Assembly: GCA_949292215.1 (NCBI GenBank)
Contig: CASEYW010000043.1
Location: 12,736 to 76,735, forward strand
DNA length: 64,000 nucleotides
From: an uncultured bacterium
Lineage (GTDB): Bacteria; Verrucomicrobiota; Lentisphaeria; Victivallales; UBA1829
Direction of reading: 5' to 3'
The notes below the pieces were generated by a model. The model ran no database searches. It was not told the origin of the DNA and saw nothing but the letters and a program-made list of their open reading frames with translations. Shown here in pieces: positions 20,380-29,740 of the stretch (positions are counted from its first letter, which is position 1; each line of letters begins with the position of its first letter). The position numbers were made by a program, and so were the translations under genes.

Positions 20380-23300
20380 ATGACATTCGGAACAAGATCG
20401 TTTTGGGGCTCAGCAGCGGCGGGACTCCTGCTGCTGTTCGGCATCCCGCAAAGTGAAGGTGCTCTCAAAACCTCGAAGGATGGAAGTTTCCTCGCAGATA
20501 AAATGAGTTTTGCACCGGGAAAAAACAATACGGTAAAAATCACGGAGGAGAAAGACGGAACTTCTCGGTATGTCCAGACCGGAAAGAATCCTGTGCTCAG
20601 CTGCCAGCTGGAACCCAGCGACCGCCTTCTGCTGCTTGATGAAACCCCCTTCAACATCTCCCAGGAATTTCCGAGGGATAAAAAAGAGTTCTTCCGGAAC
20701 CGGAAAGTAAAATTTCTCAGCATACCCCTGTTCTGGGGACGCCGCCTGAACTTTTCCGGAAACATGCGGGTGACTCTTCAGGACAAGCGCTTCTATACGG
20801 AGTACAGTATGGGAGGCGCCTACATTCTGGAAATCAGACCGGAAAAGAATGAATCGCGCCTGGAACTGGAGATCCGGGAAGACAAACCGGAATTCACTGC
20901 AATTCCGCTGGACTCCTTCCTGAACGGAAAACTGCCGGAAGCAATCAAAAAAATACCGACGGGAAATTTCTCCTATCAGAACTTTCACAACTTCCTTTCC
21001 TTCCAATTTCCGAAAAAAGCAGGCAGCGTTCTTTTTCCATCCGGAGAAGTAACGATTCCGTTCACACAAAAGGATGCGAAAGCACTGGTGCTCGTACATG
21101 GAGTTGATCCGGAGTTCCAAAAAGCGGAAATCGGAACGCTTTCCATCGTCTATCAGGACGGCAGGGAGGAAAACTTCCCGATCGAAGCCGGAAAAAATGC
21201 GGCATCCTGGAAAAACTGCGATCCCGTATCCAATTTCCGTCTGGTCTGGAGTTCCATCAGCGACAGTGACTTCTATGCGTTCGGCATGTCCCAGTTTCCG
21301 CTGAAACCGGGTGCGGTTTCCCTCAAGCTGAAGACGGGAGAAAACAGCCGTCACTGGGGAGTTCTCGCCGCAAGTCTTCTGAACCGCCCGATCCCGGATC
21401 GCGATCTTCCGGAAACCTTCTATGTCAGAGAGGGTAAAGAATGGAATACTTTCACCTTTGAGAAAGATATCGTAAAGGGGTCCTTCCTGGATTTTTCCGG
21501 ACAGAACCATGCCCCGGCGGGAAAGTTCGGGCATATGACAGTCAATGCAAAAGGACAGCTCGTTTTTGAAAAAGATCCGTCGAAACGCTTCCGGATCGTC
21601 GGAGCCAATCTCTGCAGCGGGGTCTGTTTCCCGACAAAAGGTGAAGCGAAAACCATTGCCAGACGTCTCGCCACACTCGGCTACAACATGGTCCGATTCC
21701 ACCGCTACGATGAGGCGCTCATCAAAAAGAAAGCCCGGACAAGCACCGAGATCGACATGAAGCAGCTGGATCTTCTGGAGTACTTTGTCTATGAACTGAA
21801 AAAGAACGGCATCTACTTCACGGCAGATATCTATTGTCTCCGCAACACCCGTCCAGGGGATAAAATTCCGGAGGCCGATCTTCAGCAGAAATCGAAAGCG
21901 CAGATGAAAACACTGCTTCCGCTTTCCGAATCAGCCATGGAAAACTGGAAAGCCTTCACAAAAAACTGGCTGACCCATCGGAATCCTTACACCGGATTGA
22001 AATGGACGGAAGAACCCGCGTTCGCCTTCGTCCAGTTTCTGAACGAAAACAATATTGACCACCGCTGGGATGATTTTTCAAAACTGCAGACCATGTACCT
22101 TCTGAACTTCGATCCCTGGCTGAAGGCAAACGGTATTGTTCCGAAATCGCATGAGCTGACCACGGACAACCCCGCCTTCTGCGCCTATCTGTTCACGCTT
22201 CAGGAAAAAAACATCCGGGAACAGAGAGACTTCCTGCGCAATGAACTGAAAATGAAGACTCTCATCACCGACTGCAACATGGAAACCTCCAGTTATCCGC
22301 TGGCTCATTTCAAGGCCCGTTATTTCGATCTTGCAGACGCCCACGGCTATTTCGATCATCCAAAATCCAAATACGGATTTGGAAAAGGGACCCACACAAT
22401 GCAGCTGAATCCGCTGACGGCAACCTTCCTGCCGATCGTACACGATCTCTCCCGTGCGCGTCTTTATGGCAAGCCGGTTGTATCCACCGAATGGAAATTC
22501 TGTGTACCGAACCGTTTCCGCGCTTACAGCGGCCCCATCATGGGCGCATATCTCGCACTTCAGGACTGGGACGGGCTGTTCCAGTACTCCTGGGCGCATG
22601 CACGGCACATTGCCATCTGGAATACGGGACACTCCACTTTTGACTCCGCAAACGATCCGCTCGCACATGCCACGGACCGGATCACGATGCTGCTGTTCCG
22701 CCGCGGTGATGTCGCACCAGCCAAAGAGGCTGTCGCGTACCAGGTTCCGGCGGACTATCGGAGAGCCTCCGCCCAGAATCCGCCTATGGAGGTCGAATCA
22801 TTCGCAGCCCTGGTCCGTACCGGATCCGTGATCGAAGGAACACGGGTTCCCGGAGTCACGGTTCTTTCCGATAAAGAAATCCGAAGCAGAAATCCTTTCC
22901 CGAACAAAAAACTGAACAATCTCTACAACGAGATGCGGACCCGGGGTATTGCACGCAGCTCAACCGGAGAAATCACGCATGACATCCGGCAGGGAACACT
23001 TTCAGTCATAACTCCGAGGGCGGAAGTCTTCTCGCTGGACAAAGGGGGACTGAAAGGGAAATGCGTCTCCGTTGCCGAAGCGAAAACGCCGCAGACGATC
23101 GCCTTTTTCTCCATGGATGGCAAGTCCATTGCGGAAAGTCGCGATCTGCTGATCATTCATCTGACGAATTCTCTCAACCGCAACACCCGGTTCGATTCCC
23201 CGTCAATGCGGGAACAGCAGCCTGCAACGAGCTATCGTCAGCAGCTGATCCGGACCGCGGCTCCGAAGGTTCATCTGAAACTGGACGGACCGGTTGCAAA

Positions 23301-23439
23301 TCTGAAGATCACGGCTCTTGCCTCCAATGGCAAGGAACTCGGTCCTGTGCAATTTACCGGAAGAAACGGTTCCCTGGATTTCGTTCTGAACAATGCACTG
23401 TATCCGGATGGAGTTCTCTACTATCGGATTCAGCGCTGA
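20380..23439 (+). CDS. secreted clan GH-A-like glycoside hydrolase, paralog 2
   Basis: The start was set at MTFGTRSFWGSAAAGLLLLFG (signal peptide, GGAGAG RBS upstream). Shared blocks are HAPAGKFGHMTV, ELKKNGIYFTAD, NPYTGLKWTEEPAFAFVQFLNEN and GKPVVSTEWK. Confidence 0.7.
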   Translation: MTFGTRSFWGSAAAGLLLLFGIPQSEGALKTSKDGSFLADKMSFAPGKNNTVKITEEKDGTSRYVQTGKNPVLSCQLEPSDRLLLLDETPFNISQEFPRDKKEFFRNRKVKFLSIPLFWGRRLNFSGNMRVTLQDKRFYTEYSMGGAYILEIRPEKNESRLELEIREDKPEFTAIPLDSFLNGKLPEAIKKIPTGNFSYQNFHNFLSFQFPKKAGSVLFPSGEVTIPFTQKDAKALVLVHGVDPEFQKAEIGTLSIVYQDGREENFPIEAGKNAASWKNCDPVSNFRLVWSSISDSDFYAFGMSQFPLKPGAVSLKLKTGENSRHWGVLAASLLNRPIPDRDLPETFYVREGKEWNTFTFEKDIVKGSFLDFSGQNHAPAGKFGHMTVNAKGQLVFEKDPSKRFRIVGANLCSGVCFPTKGEAKTIARRLATLGYNMVRFHRYDEALIKKKARTSTEIDMKQLDLLEYFVYELKKNGIYFTADIYCLRNTRPGDKIPEADLQQKSKAQMKTLLPLSESAMENWKAFTKNWLTHRNPYTGLKWTEEPAFAFVQFLNENNIDHRWDDFSKLQTMYLLNFDPWLKANGIVPKSHELTTDNPAFCAYLFTLQEKNIREQRDFLRNELKMKTLITDCNMETSSYPLAHFKARYFDLADAHGYFDHPKSKYGFGKGTHTMQLNPLTATFLPIVHDLSRARLYGKPVVSTEWKFCVPNRFRAYSGPIMGAYLALQDWDGLFQYSWAHARHIAIWNTGHSTFDSANDPLAHATDRITMLLFRRGDVAPAKEAVAYQVPADYRRASAQNPPMEVESFAALVRTGSVIEGTRVPGVTVLSDKEIRSRNPFPNKKLNNLYNEMRTRGIARSSTGEITHDIRQGTLSVITPRAEVFSLDKGGLKGKCVSVAEAKTPQTIAFFSMDGKSIAESRDLLIIHLTNSLNRNTRFDSPSMREQQPATSYRQQLIRTAAPKVHLKLDGPVANLKITALASNGKELGPVQFTGRNGSLDFVLNNALYPDGVLYYRIQR

Positions 23440-24347
23440 ACAGACTTCCGATACGCCGAAGGAGAAAGACCGTGCACATGTTTGAACATCTTGCTGAAAT
23501 GAAGCTGGTTGGGGAAACCGGTCTGTCCGGCGATCTGCTTGATGGTCAGAGTGGAGGACGCAAGCAGATCCGCCGCGGTCTGAAGTTTCAGCTCCAGGAA
23601 ATACTGCTTCGGCGATTTTCCGAAATGTCTGCGGAACAGGCGGTTCAAAGTCGAAGGGCTGAGATCCAGCGTATCGGCAAGAACAGAAAGTCGAAGGGGG
23701 TTTGTGATATTGCTTCCCAGCAGGTTCACAGCCTCCTGAAGCCGGAGATCGCCGCAGGCAGCACTCTTCGCCTCTCCGCCGGAAGCGATTCCAGAAAGTT
23801 CGCTCAGGAACTCGAAACAGAGTCCCTGAATATGAATCCGCGACTCCTGATCCTTCTGAAACAGCAGATTTCTCAGCTCCAGGAGACGCCGAAGAACCGA
23901 TTCCGGATGGGGAAGGCAGAGATACTGCTTCTGAACAAGTCCGTTCAGAGAAAGCAGATGCGGCAGAATGGCGCCCCTGAAACCAATCGAGAATTTCCGG
24001 CAGAAGCCTCCCGGGCCACACCGAAGAACACTATCCTCGCCACGGGGAATCAAATAGGCGTCTCCCGGTTTGAGGAGGGTTTTCTTTTCCCTGGAGATCA
24101 CGAGGAGCTCTCCCTCCACAATGATTTCCACGGCAAACAGAAAATAGTTCTCATGCTTCCAGAAATTCTCCTTGCGCCAAACCGAATGGGCGATGAAATC
24201 CGGCCAGAGAAGCATCGCAGCTGTGGCGTCCGTGTTCCAGGTCACGGTTTGCCCGCTGCTCTGCTGCTCAAAAAAATAATCGGTCGAAAGTTTCGCCACA
24301 AGAGAATCGAAGACAAATTTCTTCATAACCGCGGAAAACTCCAGCAA
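23430..24347 (-). CDS. AraC family transcriptional regulator
   Basis: The C-terminal double HTH reads LSVLADTLDLSPSTLNRLFRRHFGKSPKQYFLELKLQTAADLL...IKQIAGQTGFPNQLHFSKMFKHVHGLSPSAYRK. The N-terminal half is cupin-like. Confidence 0.9.
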   Translation of the reverse strand: MLEFSAVMKKFVFDSLVAKLSTDYFFEQQSSGQTVTWNTDATAAMLLWPDFIAHSVWRKENFWKHENYFLFAVEIIVEGELLVISREKKTLLKPGDAYLIPRGEDSVLRCGPGGFCRKFSIGFRGAILPHLLSLNGLVQKQYLCLPHPESVLRRLLELRNLLFQKDQESRIHIQGLCFEFLSELSGIASGGEAKSAACGDLRLQEAVNLLGSNITNPLRLSVLADTLDLSPSTLNRLFRRHFGKSPKQYFLELKLQTAADLLASSTLTIKQIAGQTGFPNQLHFSKMFKHVHGLSPSAYRKSVQR

Positions 24348-24551
24348 TCTTGTTTTCCGGTAACAATAGCATCTGGAACAAAAAAAGCAAATTTACAGGA
24401 GGCCAGTCAAAAAACTCCGCCATAAACGGTCCAAGCGGAAAAAATAAAACATCAAATCTCGGATATCGGCAAAATTGAAAAGGAAAGCAAGTCGGACAAT
24501 CAAACAACAAGTAAAATGATGGGAATATGGTAATCTAAGGAGGAAGGATTT

Positions 24552-25217
24552 ATGAATAAGGCAAACCATCAATTCACTCTCGTGGAGCTCCTGGTGACAA
24601 TCGCAATCATTGCCATTCTTGCCAGTCTGCTCCTGCCGGTTCTTCAGCAGGGACGCCGCAAAGCTCTGGACATCAGTTGCTCTGCCAATCTCAAACAGAT
24701 GGGAACCCTGTTCGCCCTCTATGCAGATTCAAATGATCAGTTCACGCCTCCCTATGAAGCGACCTGCGGCACCGTGACTTATGCCAAGTGGCAGGACTTC
24801 TTTCTCCCGATCCTGAAAAAACCGTTCAAGTACAACCATGACTCCTGGAAATACAAAGAATTCTACTGTCCGGCACAGCAGCCGGTCAAGAACACACGAA
24901 TGCACTACGGCATGAACGGTTACATCACAACTCCTACGAAACGTGCTCTTTTCATTCGTTTGAAACGTCCCTCCGCACGCCACCTTGTTTCCGATATCGA
25001 AAAAATGCCCGATACCTACTGGGACTGGAAACCAACCGCTCTGTATCGCGGTTCCAAAGTGAACCCGAGCATCTCTCCGGACGGAGTCACTTCCCGCCAC
25101 CTGAACCGCTTCGGAGCGAACATTCTTTTCGCGGACCTGCACGTACAGGCAATGAAAATTTCTCAGATTCCTGTCAACGGGAATAACTATTTCTTCGGCC
25201 AATACACGGAAGATTGA
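24552..25217 (+). CDS. prepilin-type N-terminal cleavage/methylation protein, DUF1559-like
   Basis: [27 protein letters not shown] at the N-terminus. The tail [19 protein letters not shown] is a degenerate H..D(L)H motif. The gene is divergent from the AraC gene. Confidence 0.8.
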   Translation: MNKANHQFTLVELLVTIAIIAILASLLLPVLQQGRRKALDISCSANLKQMGTLFALYADSNDQFTPPYEATCGTVTYAKWQDFFLPILKKPFKYNHDSWKYKEFYCPAQQPVKNTRMHYGMNGYITTPTKRALFIRLKRPSARHLVSDIEKMPDTYWDWKPTALYRGSKVNPSISPDGVTSRHLNRFGANILFADLHVQAMKISQIPVNGNNYFFGQYTED

Positions 25218-25469
25218 TCCCGAAATATAGCTCTTCCGGAAAAACCGTCTCCGGCATTGCCGGAACCGCTTTTCAGTGTCTGATGCTGATTGCTTTCCCC
25301 GCGCTTTTCCTCCGCGATTTCCAGCCTTTTTCTTCTTCCGCCGTCGGGAACCTCTGAACCTTCCCGGCGGCAATTTGCTGTAAAAACGATCTCTTTTCAC
25401 TTGCATTTTTCCCTGCAATCATGTAATATACCATATATGACACGTGACATATAAAACAGAGAGCGCAAA

Positions 25470-26483
25470 ATGCTTCGGAAAAAAACGACGGCCAAAGATG
25501 TGGCTGAACGAGCGGGAGTTTCCCGTTCACTGGTCTCCATGTACCTCAGGAGGAATCCGAACCTCTGGATTTCAGAGGAAACAAGGACACGGCTTGATGC
25601 GGCCATCCGGGAACTGGGATATCGGCCGAATCGGTCGGCTCAGATTCTGCGGAGCGGGAAATCCCGTATTGCCGGGGTTGTCCTGGGCGGGATTTCGGGT
25701 TCCTTTGCCTCCTGTCTTTCCGAAGCCCTCATGGAAAAGATGGAGGAAGCGGGCTACCGTGTATTTCTCGGAATCACACGCTACGACCCCGAACGAGAAC
25801 GCCGTGTTCTGGAATCCATGATGAATTTTGAAATTGATGTCCTTTTCTACACCCTTGAACCGGACTATGTCAAAGATCTGCTTCTGCAATGTGCGGCATC
25901 CATTCCGGTTTTTGTATCAGAGAAGAGAACGGGGATGCCATTCCACAGCATCCGTTTCGATCTGACAGGCGCTTTGAAAAACGCATTGAGATATCTTTCC
26001 ATGCGGCGGATAAAGCGCGCAGCTCTGCTCACCAACCGCATTGGTTTCGGCGAGCAGGATTTTTTTACATCGAATGAGAAAGGGTTTCCGGAATTGCGCG
26101 CCTTCCGTTTCAACAGCCGGAATGGAAACGAGGAAACTGTTCTTCGGGAAGTTGCCCGTTTTTCTCCGGAAGCCGTGATTTCCCTTGCAGGAATTCCGAT
26201 GGCTCCGGCAAGAGAACACCTCAACCCGGCGACTCTCTGGATCGATTCCTGGGCGCTTCCGTTTCAGAGACAGGAAGCGGAAATCCATCCGACTGGCTCA
26301 GTTGTCCGCCCCTTCCGGGAGTACGTGGAAACTTTATCGGAAGCGCTGCTCGATGCAGCCCGCAATCCGGAACGCAAACCATCCGACCGGACCATCCCAG
26401 CCATCTTCCTGAAAAGGAAAGAGCAGAACGATCTCCGGAAATCCCTGCTCAACGATCCTTATTACCAAACTTTTGAATATTAG
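25470..26483 (+). CDS. LacI family transcriptional regulator
   Basis: KKTTAKDVAERAGVSRSLVSMYLRRNPNLWISEETRTRLDAAIRELGYRPNRSAQILR is the HTH. A PBP-like effector domain follows. Confidence 0.9.
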   Translation: MLRKKTTAKDVAERAGVSRSLVSMYLRRNPNLWISEETRTRLDAAIRELGYRPNRSAQILRSGKSRIAGVVLGGISGSFASCLSEALMEKMEEAGYRVFLGITRYDPERERRVLESMMNFEIDVLFYTLEPDYVKDLLLQCAASIPVFVSEKRTGMPFHSIRFDLTGALKNALRYLSMRRIKRAALLTNRIGFGEQDFFTSNEKGFPELRAFRFNSRNGNEETVLREVARFSPEAVISLAGIPMAPAREHLNPATLWIDSWALPFQRQEAEIHPTGSVVRPFREYVETLSEALLDAARNPERKPSDRTIPAIFLKRKEQNDLRKSLLNDPYYQTFEY

Positions 26484-26498
26484 AACCTTGAAACTTGT

Positions 26499-28691
26499 AT
26501 GGAGGAATCAATGGATACAGTCATTCCGATCTGGAGCGGATGTGCAAAGGAAGCGTTTTTCCGCAGGAAATTCACTCTTCAGGAGAACGTTTTCCGGGCA
26601 GTGGCGCGAATCTTCGTTGATACCGGCTATGAATTGTTTCTGAATGAACATCCGGTTGCAACCGTTGATGAGTGGAACAACACACGGGACTACGATGTGA
26701 CGCCTTTTCTGCAGAAAGGAGAAAATCTGATCGCGGTACATGGACTGAACCATTCCGGACATCGCGGTTTTTCCTTCGAACTCTGCTGCAACGGAACTCC
26801 GATCCTTGTTTCGGATGAAACATGGAAGGTCGCGGACCGCGAAACCCGGAATTGGAACCGGATGGACGTTGACGACCATAGCTGGCCAACCGCACAACCG
26901 CTTCCGCTTCAGTATGCTGGACTCCCCCAATGGCGCGGTCATGCGGGCGATCATCCGGAAAAAGTGATTCCATATCTGAATGGGTCCCCGTTTTTCACCG
27001 GTGCGATCCCAAAGGCGATCCGTTCACCGTTCTACCGGAAAACAGACCATACGAAACATGAAATTTCCCCGGAAATTCTCGCCGTGACTGGAGAAGAGTA
27101 CCGGAAGAGCAGGAATGCCATGCCGGGAGAAGAAATCCATCCGGTCGCCTGGCCCGAAGTCCAGGGATGTTCTCACGGATCGGATGGGAAATTCCGTCTG
27201 ACGGGAAAGTCCCGCTATGAAGGCCCCTTTTTCTTTGTCGATTTCGGAGAGGAAACCGTTGGATATCTGCGTTTCCGCACCTCGTCCGCCGGACCGGTGC
27301 GCGTGCGTCTCCGCTACGGGGAAACTCTGGCGGAATCGGTTGCCGAACCGGCAAGAGATCAACTGCTGCACCGGATGCTGGTGGAGGAAATCATGCTCGG
27401 AAATGGTGTGCAGGAGTGGGAGAGCCGGATGAGAGTCGGATTCCGGTTTGTCAGGGTGGAACTGTTTGACTCTCCCGCAGAGGTGGAATTCTCTGATTTT
27501 TCTGTCCGCTCCACACTGTATCCGGTGGAGTATTCCGGATACTTCCACTGTTCCGATCCGCTGCTCAACCGGATCTGGGAGGCCGGAAGAAAAACACTGC
27601 ATCTCTGCATGCAGGAGTATTATCTGGACGGGATTAAGCGCGATCGCTTCCTGTGGGTCGGAGATGCCCGTGCCGAAGCGCTTTACAATTATTATCTTTT
27701 CGGAGACCAGGAGCTTTTCCGGTTCTGCTGGGAGGAACTGGCCTCGGTTCAGTATGCCGATGGAGCGATTCCATCGGAGATGGGGGAAGGAGCATCGTGT
27801 CTCTGGGACTATGTCGCATGGTGGGTCATCGCACTCCACGATTATCGTCTCTTTACCGGAGACGATGAATTTCCCCTGAAATTACGCGGGAATCTCTATG
27901 CCGCAGTCGAGTGGCTTGCCGCACGCGCCGGAGAGGATGGACGCATCCATCTTCCGGAAAATCCGTATCCGTCATGGATGGTCGTTCTGAACAAGGCGGT
28001 CGGGGTATCCCCGTTTTTGAATCTGCTCTATCTGCGGGCTCTGCAAACGGCACTTGAAATTGCCGAGCTCGCCGGTGACACCACGGAACGTTCCCGGTAT
28101 CGAAAATTGCTCAATCGGAGCAAACCCTCTGTGGAAATGCTCCTCTCCGAACAGCCGCTTTCAGAGGAAGAAGGACTGAAAAGCGCCTCCACTGGACTCT
28201 ATGAAATTCTGGAACAACAATTCGCATGCGGAGAAAGCGGAACAGCGCTGGATTCAATCCGCCGGAACTGGGGAGCACTCCTTGCCAGCGGAGCAGATAC
28301 CTTGTACGAAGGATTCTATGCGCAGGACAACCACTATCCTTCCGTTACCGATCCGTATGGGAAACCCCTCTTCATCAGTTTCTGTCACGGCTGGACTGCC
28401 GGCCCCTGTGCGCTTCTTCCGGCGGAAATTGCCGGGATCAAACCGCTGGAACCGGGATTCCGCCGCTTCCGTGTCGCACCGAAACCGGAAAATCTGGACG
28501 AGATCAAAGCAGTCGTTCCGACTCCGTTCGGAGAAATCGCCCTCGCCCTGACCCGTTCGGAACTGCACCTGCGAATCCCGCAGGGGACCGTGGCAGAAGT
28601 GGAACTCCGCTCTCCGATCCCGCTGCGGCAGACTTTGCACGCAGGCGTCCACCGCATTCCGCTGAATCTCTCCGGAAAAAACGGACAGTAA
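26499..28691 (+). CDS. GH78-like (alpha-L-rhamnosidase-type) six-hairpin glycosidase, probably cytoplasmic
   Basis: The N-terminal sugar-binding-like segment reads FRRKFTL...ARIFVDTGYELFLNEHPV...GENLIAVHG. The catalytic-domain block YYLDGIKRDRFLWVGDARAE resembles the D-G-x-K-R-D-R..W-x-G-D block of rhamnosidases. No signal peptide. Confidence 0.6.
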   Translation: MEESMDTVIPIWSGCAKEAFFRRKFTLQENVFRAVARIFVDTGYELFLNEHPVATVDEWNNTRDYDVTPFLQKGENLIAVHGLNHSGHRGFSFELCCNGTPILVSDETWKVADRETRNWNRMDVDDHSWPTAQPLPLQYAGLPQWRGHAGDHPEKVIPYLNGSPFFTGAIPKAIRSPFYRKTDHTKHEISPEILAVTGEEYRKSRNAMPGEEIHPVAWPEVQGCSHGSDGKFRLTGKSRYEGPFFFVDFGEETVGYLRFRTSSAGPVRVRLRYGETLAESVAEPARDQLLHRMLVEEIMLGNGVQEWESRMRVGFRFVRVELFDSPAEVEFSDFSVRSTLYPVEYSGYFHCSDPLLNRIWEAGRKTLHLCMQEYYLDGIKRDRFLWVGDARAEALYNYYLFGDQELFRFCWEELASVQYADGAIPSEMGEGASCLWDYVAWWVIALHDYRLFTGDDEFPLKLRGNLYAAVEWLAARAGEDGRIHLPENPYPSWMVVLNKAVGVSPFLNLLYLRALQTALEIAELAGDTTERSRYRKLLNRSKPSVEMLLSEQPLSEEEGLKSASTGLYEILEQQFACGESGTALDSIRRNWGALLASGADTLYEGFYAQDNHYPSVTDPYGKPLFISFCHGWTAGPCALLPAEIAGIKPLEPGFRRFRVAPKPENLDEIKAVVPTPFGEIALALTRSELHLRIPQGTVAEVELRSPIPLRQTLHAGVHRIPLNLSGKNGQ

Positions 28692-28723
28692 GAAGCACAT
28701 CCCTCTGCGAAACTCCGATCCAT

Positions 28724-28750
28724 AAAAAAAGCCGCCAAATGGCGGCTTTG
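28724..28750. terminator. bidirectional intrinsic terminator between convergent genes
   Basis: AAAAAAA-GCCGCC-AAAT-GGCGGC-TTTG. On the minus strand the hairpin is followed by a 7-T run, directly downstream of the 28770 stop. Confidence 0.65.
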
Positions 28751-28769
28751 CAATTCCGTATCCGGAAGT

Positions 28770-29618
28770 TTACTTGGCGTATGCCTCAACCTCCCAGAGG
28801 GAATATCCAAACGGAGTGGTTCGTTTCACGCCCTGAATCCGAATGTAACGCGTATTCTGCGGTTTGACTTTGATCGTCTCCACAGCGCCCGATTTTCCGT
28901 CTTTCTTGCGGAAAACTTCCGTGAAATTCTTGCCGTCCTGCGAGAACTGGACAGCATACTCCTTGCCGGCAGCCTGTTCCCATCTGAGGACGAGTCTTCC
29001 GATCGTCTTGGCGGCACCGAGATCAAGCATAAGCCATTCGTTGTCCTTGCGTTCGGAGGACCAGCGGGTGTTGTTCCTGCCGTCCACAGCATTTTCCGGA
29101 ACCAGATTCCGCTCCTTTGAGCTGGACGTTGCCTTGGCGCCGAATGCCAGATTATCGGAGGCAGGATAAACCATCATTTCCCACAAAGAGTAGCCGAACT
29201 GAGAAGCACGCTTTTTACCAAGAATACGGATATAACGCGTTTCACGTGGCTTGATCCGGATAATCTCACGAGCACCCTTCCTGCCGTCAGTCACGGTGAA
29301 GACATCCGTGAAGGTCTTGCCGTCGTTGGAAAACTGTACAACGTAATCCCTGCCGGCAGCCGCCTCCCAGTCAAGGCGGATCTGCCCGACCTTCTTCGGC
29401 TGACCGAGATCAAGCATAAACCACTCGTTGTCGTTGCGTTTGGAGGACCAGCGGGTGTTCCCCCTGCCGTCGATTGCCTTGCCGGGCTCATACTGTGCAG
29501 ATTCCGAAGAACTCGCGCTCGCAGTCGCCCCTTTTGCAAGATTCACCATTTCATCCGCGTAAAGCCCGCAGGCCGCGGCGGAAACGAAGGCCAGAAAAGC
29601 CAACATTGTCTTTTTCAT
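28770..29618 (-). CDS. secreted protein with two tandem F5/8 type C (discoidin, CBM32-like) domains
   Basis: Signal peptide MKKTMLAFLAFVSAAA. There are two ~125-aa repeats, each with AIDGR.NTRWSS...NEW.MLDLG...G...L.WE.AAG..Y.VQFS.DGK.FT.VF and a ...TRYIRI.G..R...FGYSLWE ending. Confidence 0.85.
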   Translation of the reverse strand: MKKTMLAFLAFVSAAACGLYADEMVNLAKGATASASSSESAQYEPGKAIDGRGNTRWSSKRNDNEWFMLDLGQPKKVGQIRLDWEAAAGRDYVVQFSNDGKTFTDVFTVTDGRKGAREIIRIKPRETRYIRILGKKRASQFGYSLWEMMVYPASDNLAFGAKATSSSKERNLVPENAVDGRNNTRWSSERKDNEWLMLDLGAAKTIGRLVLRWEQAAGKEYAVQFSQDGKNFTEVFRKKDGKSGAVETIKVKPQNTRYIRIQGVKRTTPFGYSLWEVEAYAK

Positions 29619-29663
29619 TTATAATCTCCCTTTCCAGGCGGATTTTGAGAACCGCCCGTATTC

Positions 29664-29692
29664 AATATAGCAATCAAACAGGGATTTGTCAA
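29664..29692 (-). promoter_or_regulatory. sigma70-type promoter (TTGACA-17 nt-TATATT) for the discoidin-domain gene
   Basis: Minus strand: TTGACA (29692-29687), a 17-nt spacer, then TATATT (29669-29664), about 45 nt upstream of the start at 29618. Confidence 0.6.
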
Positions 29693-29740
29693 GCAGAAAA
29701 ACATTCCTGCAGATATTTACACCCTCTGCGGAAGCACCCC

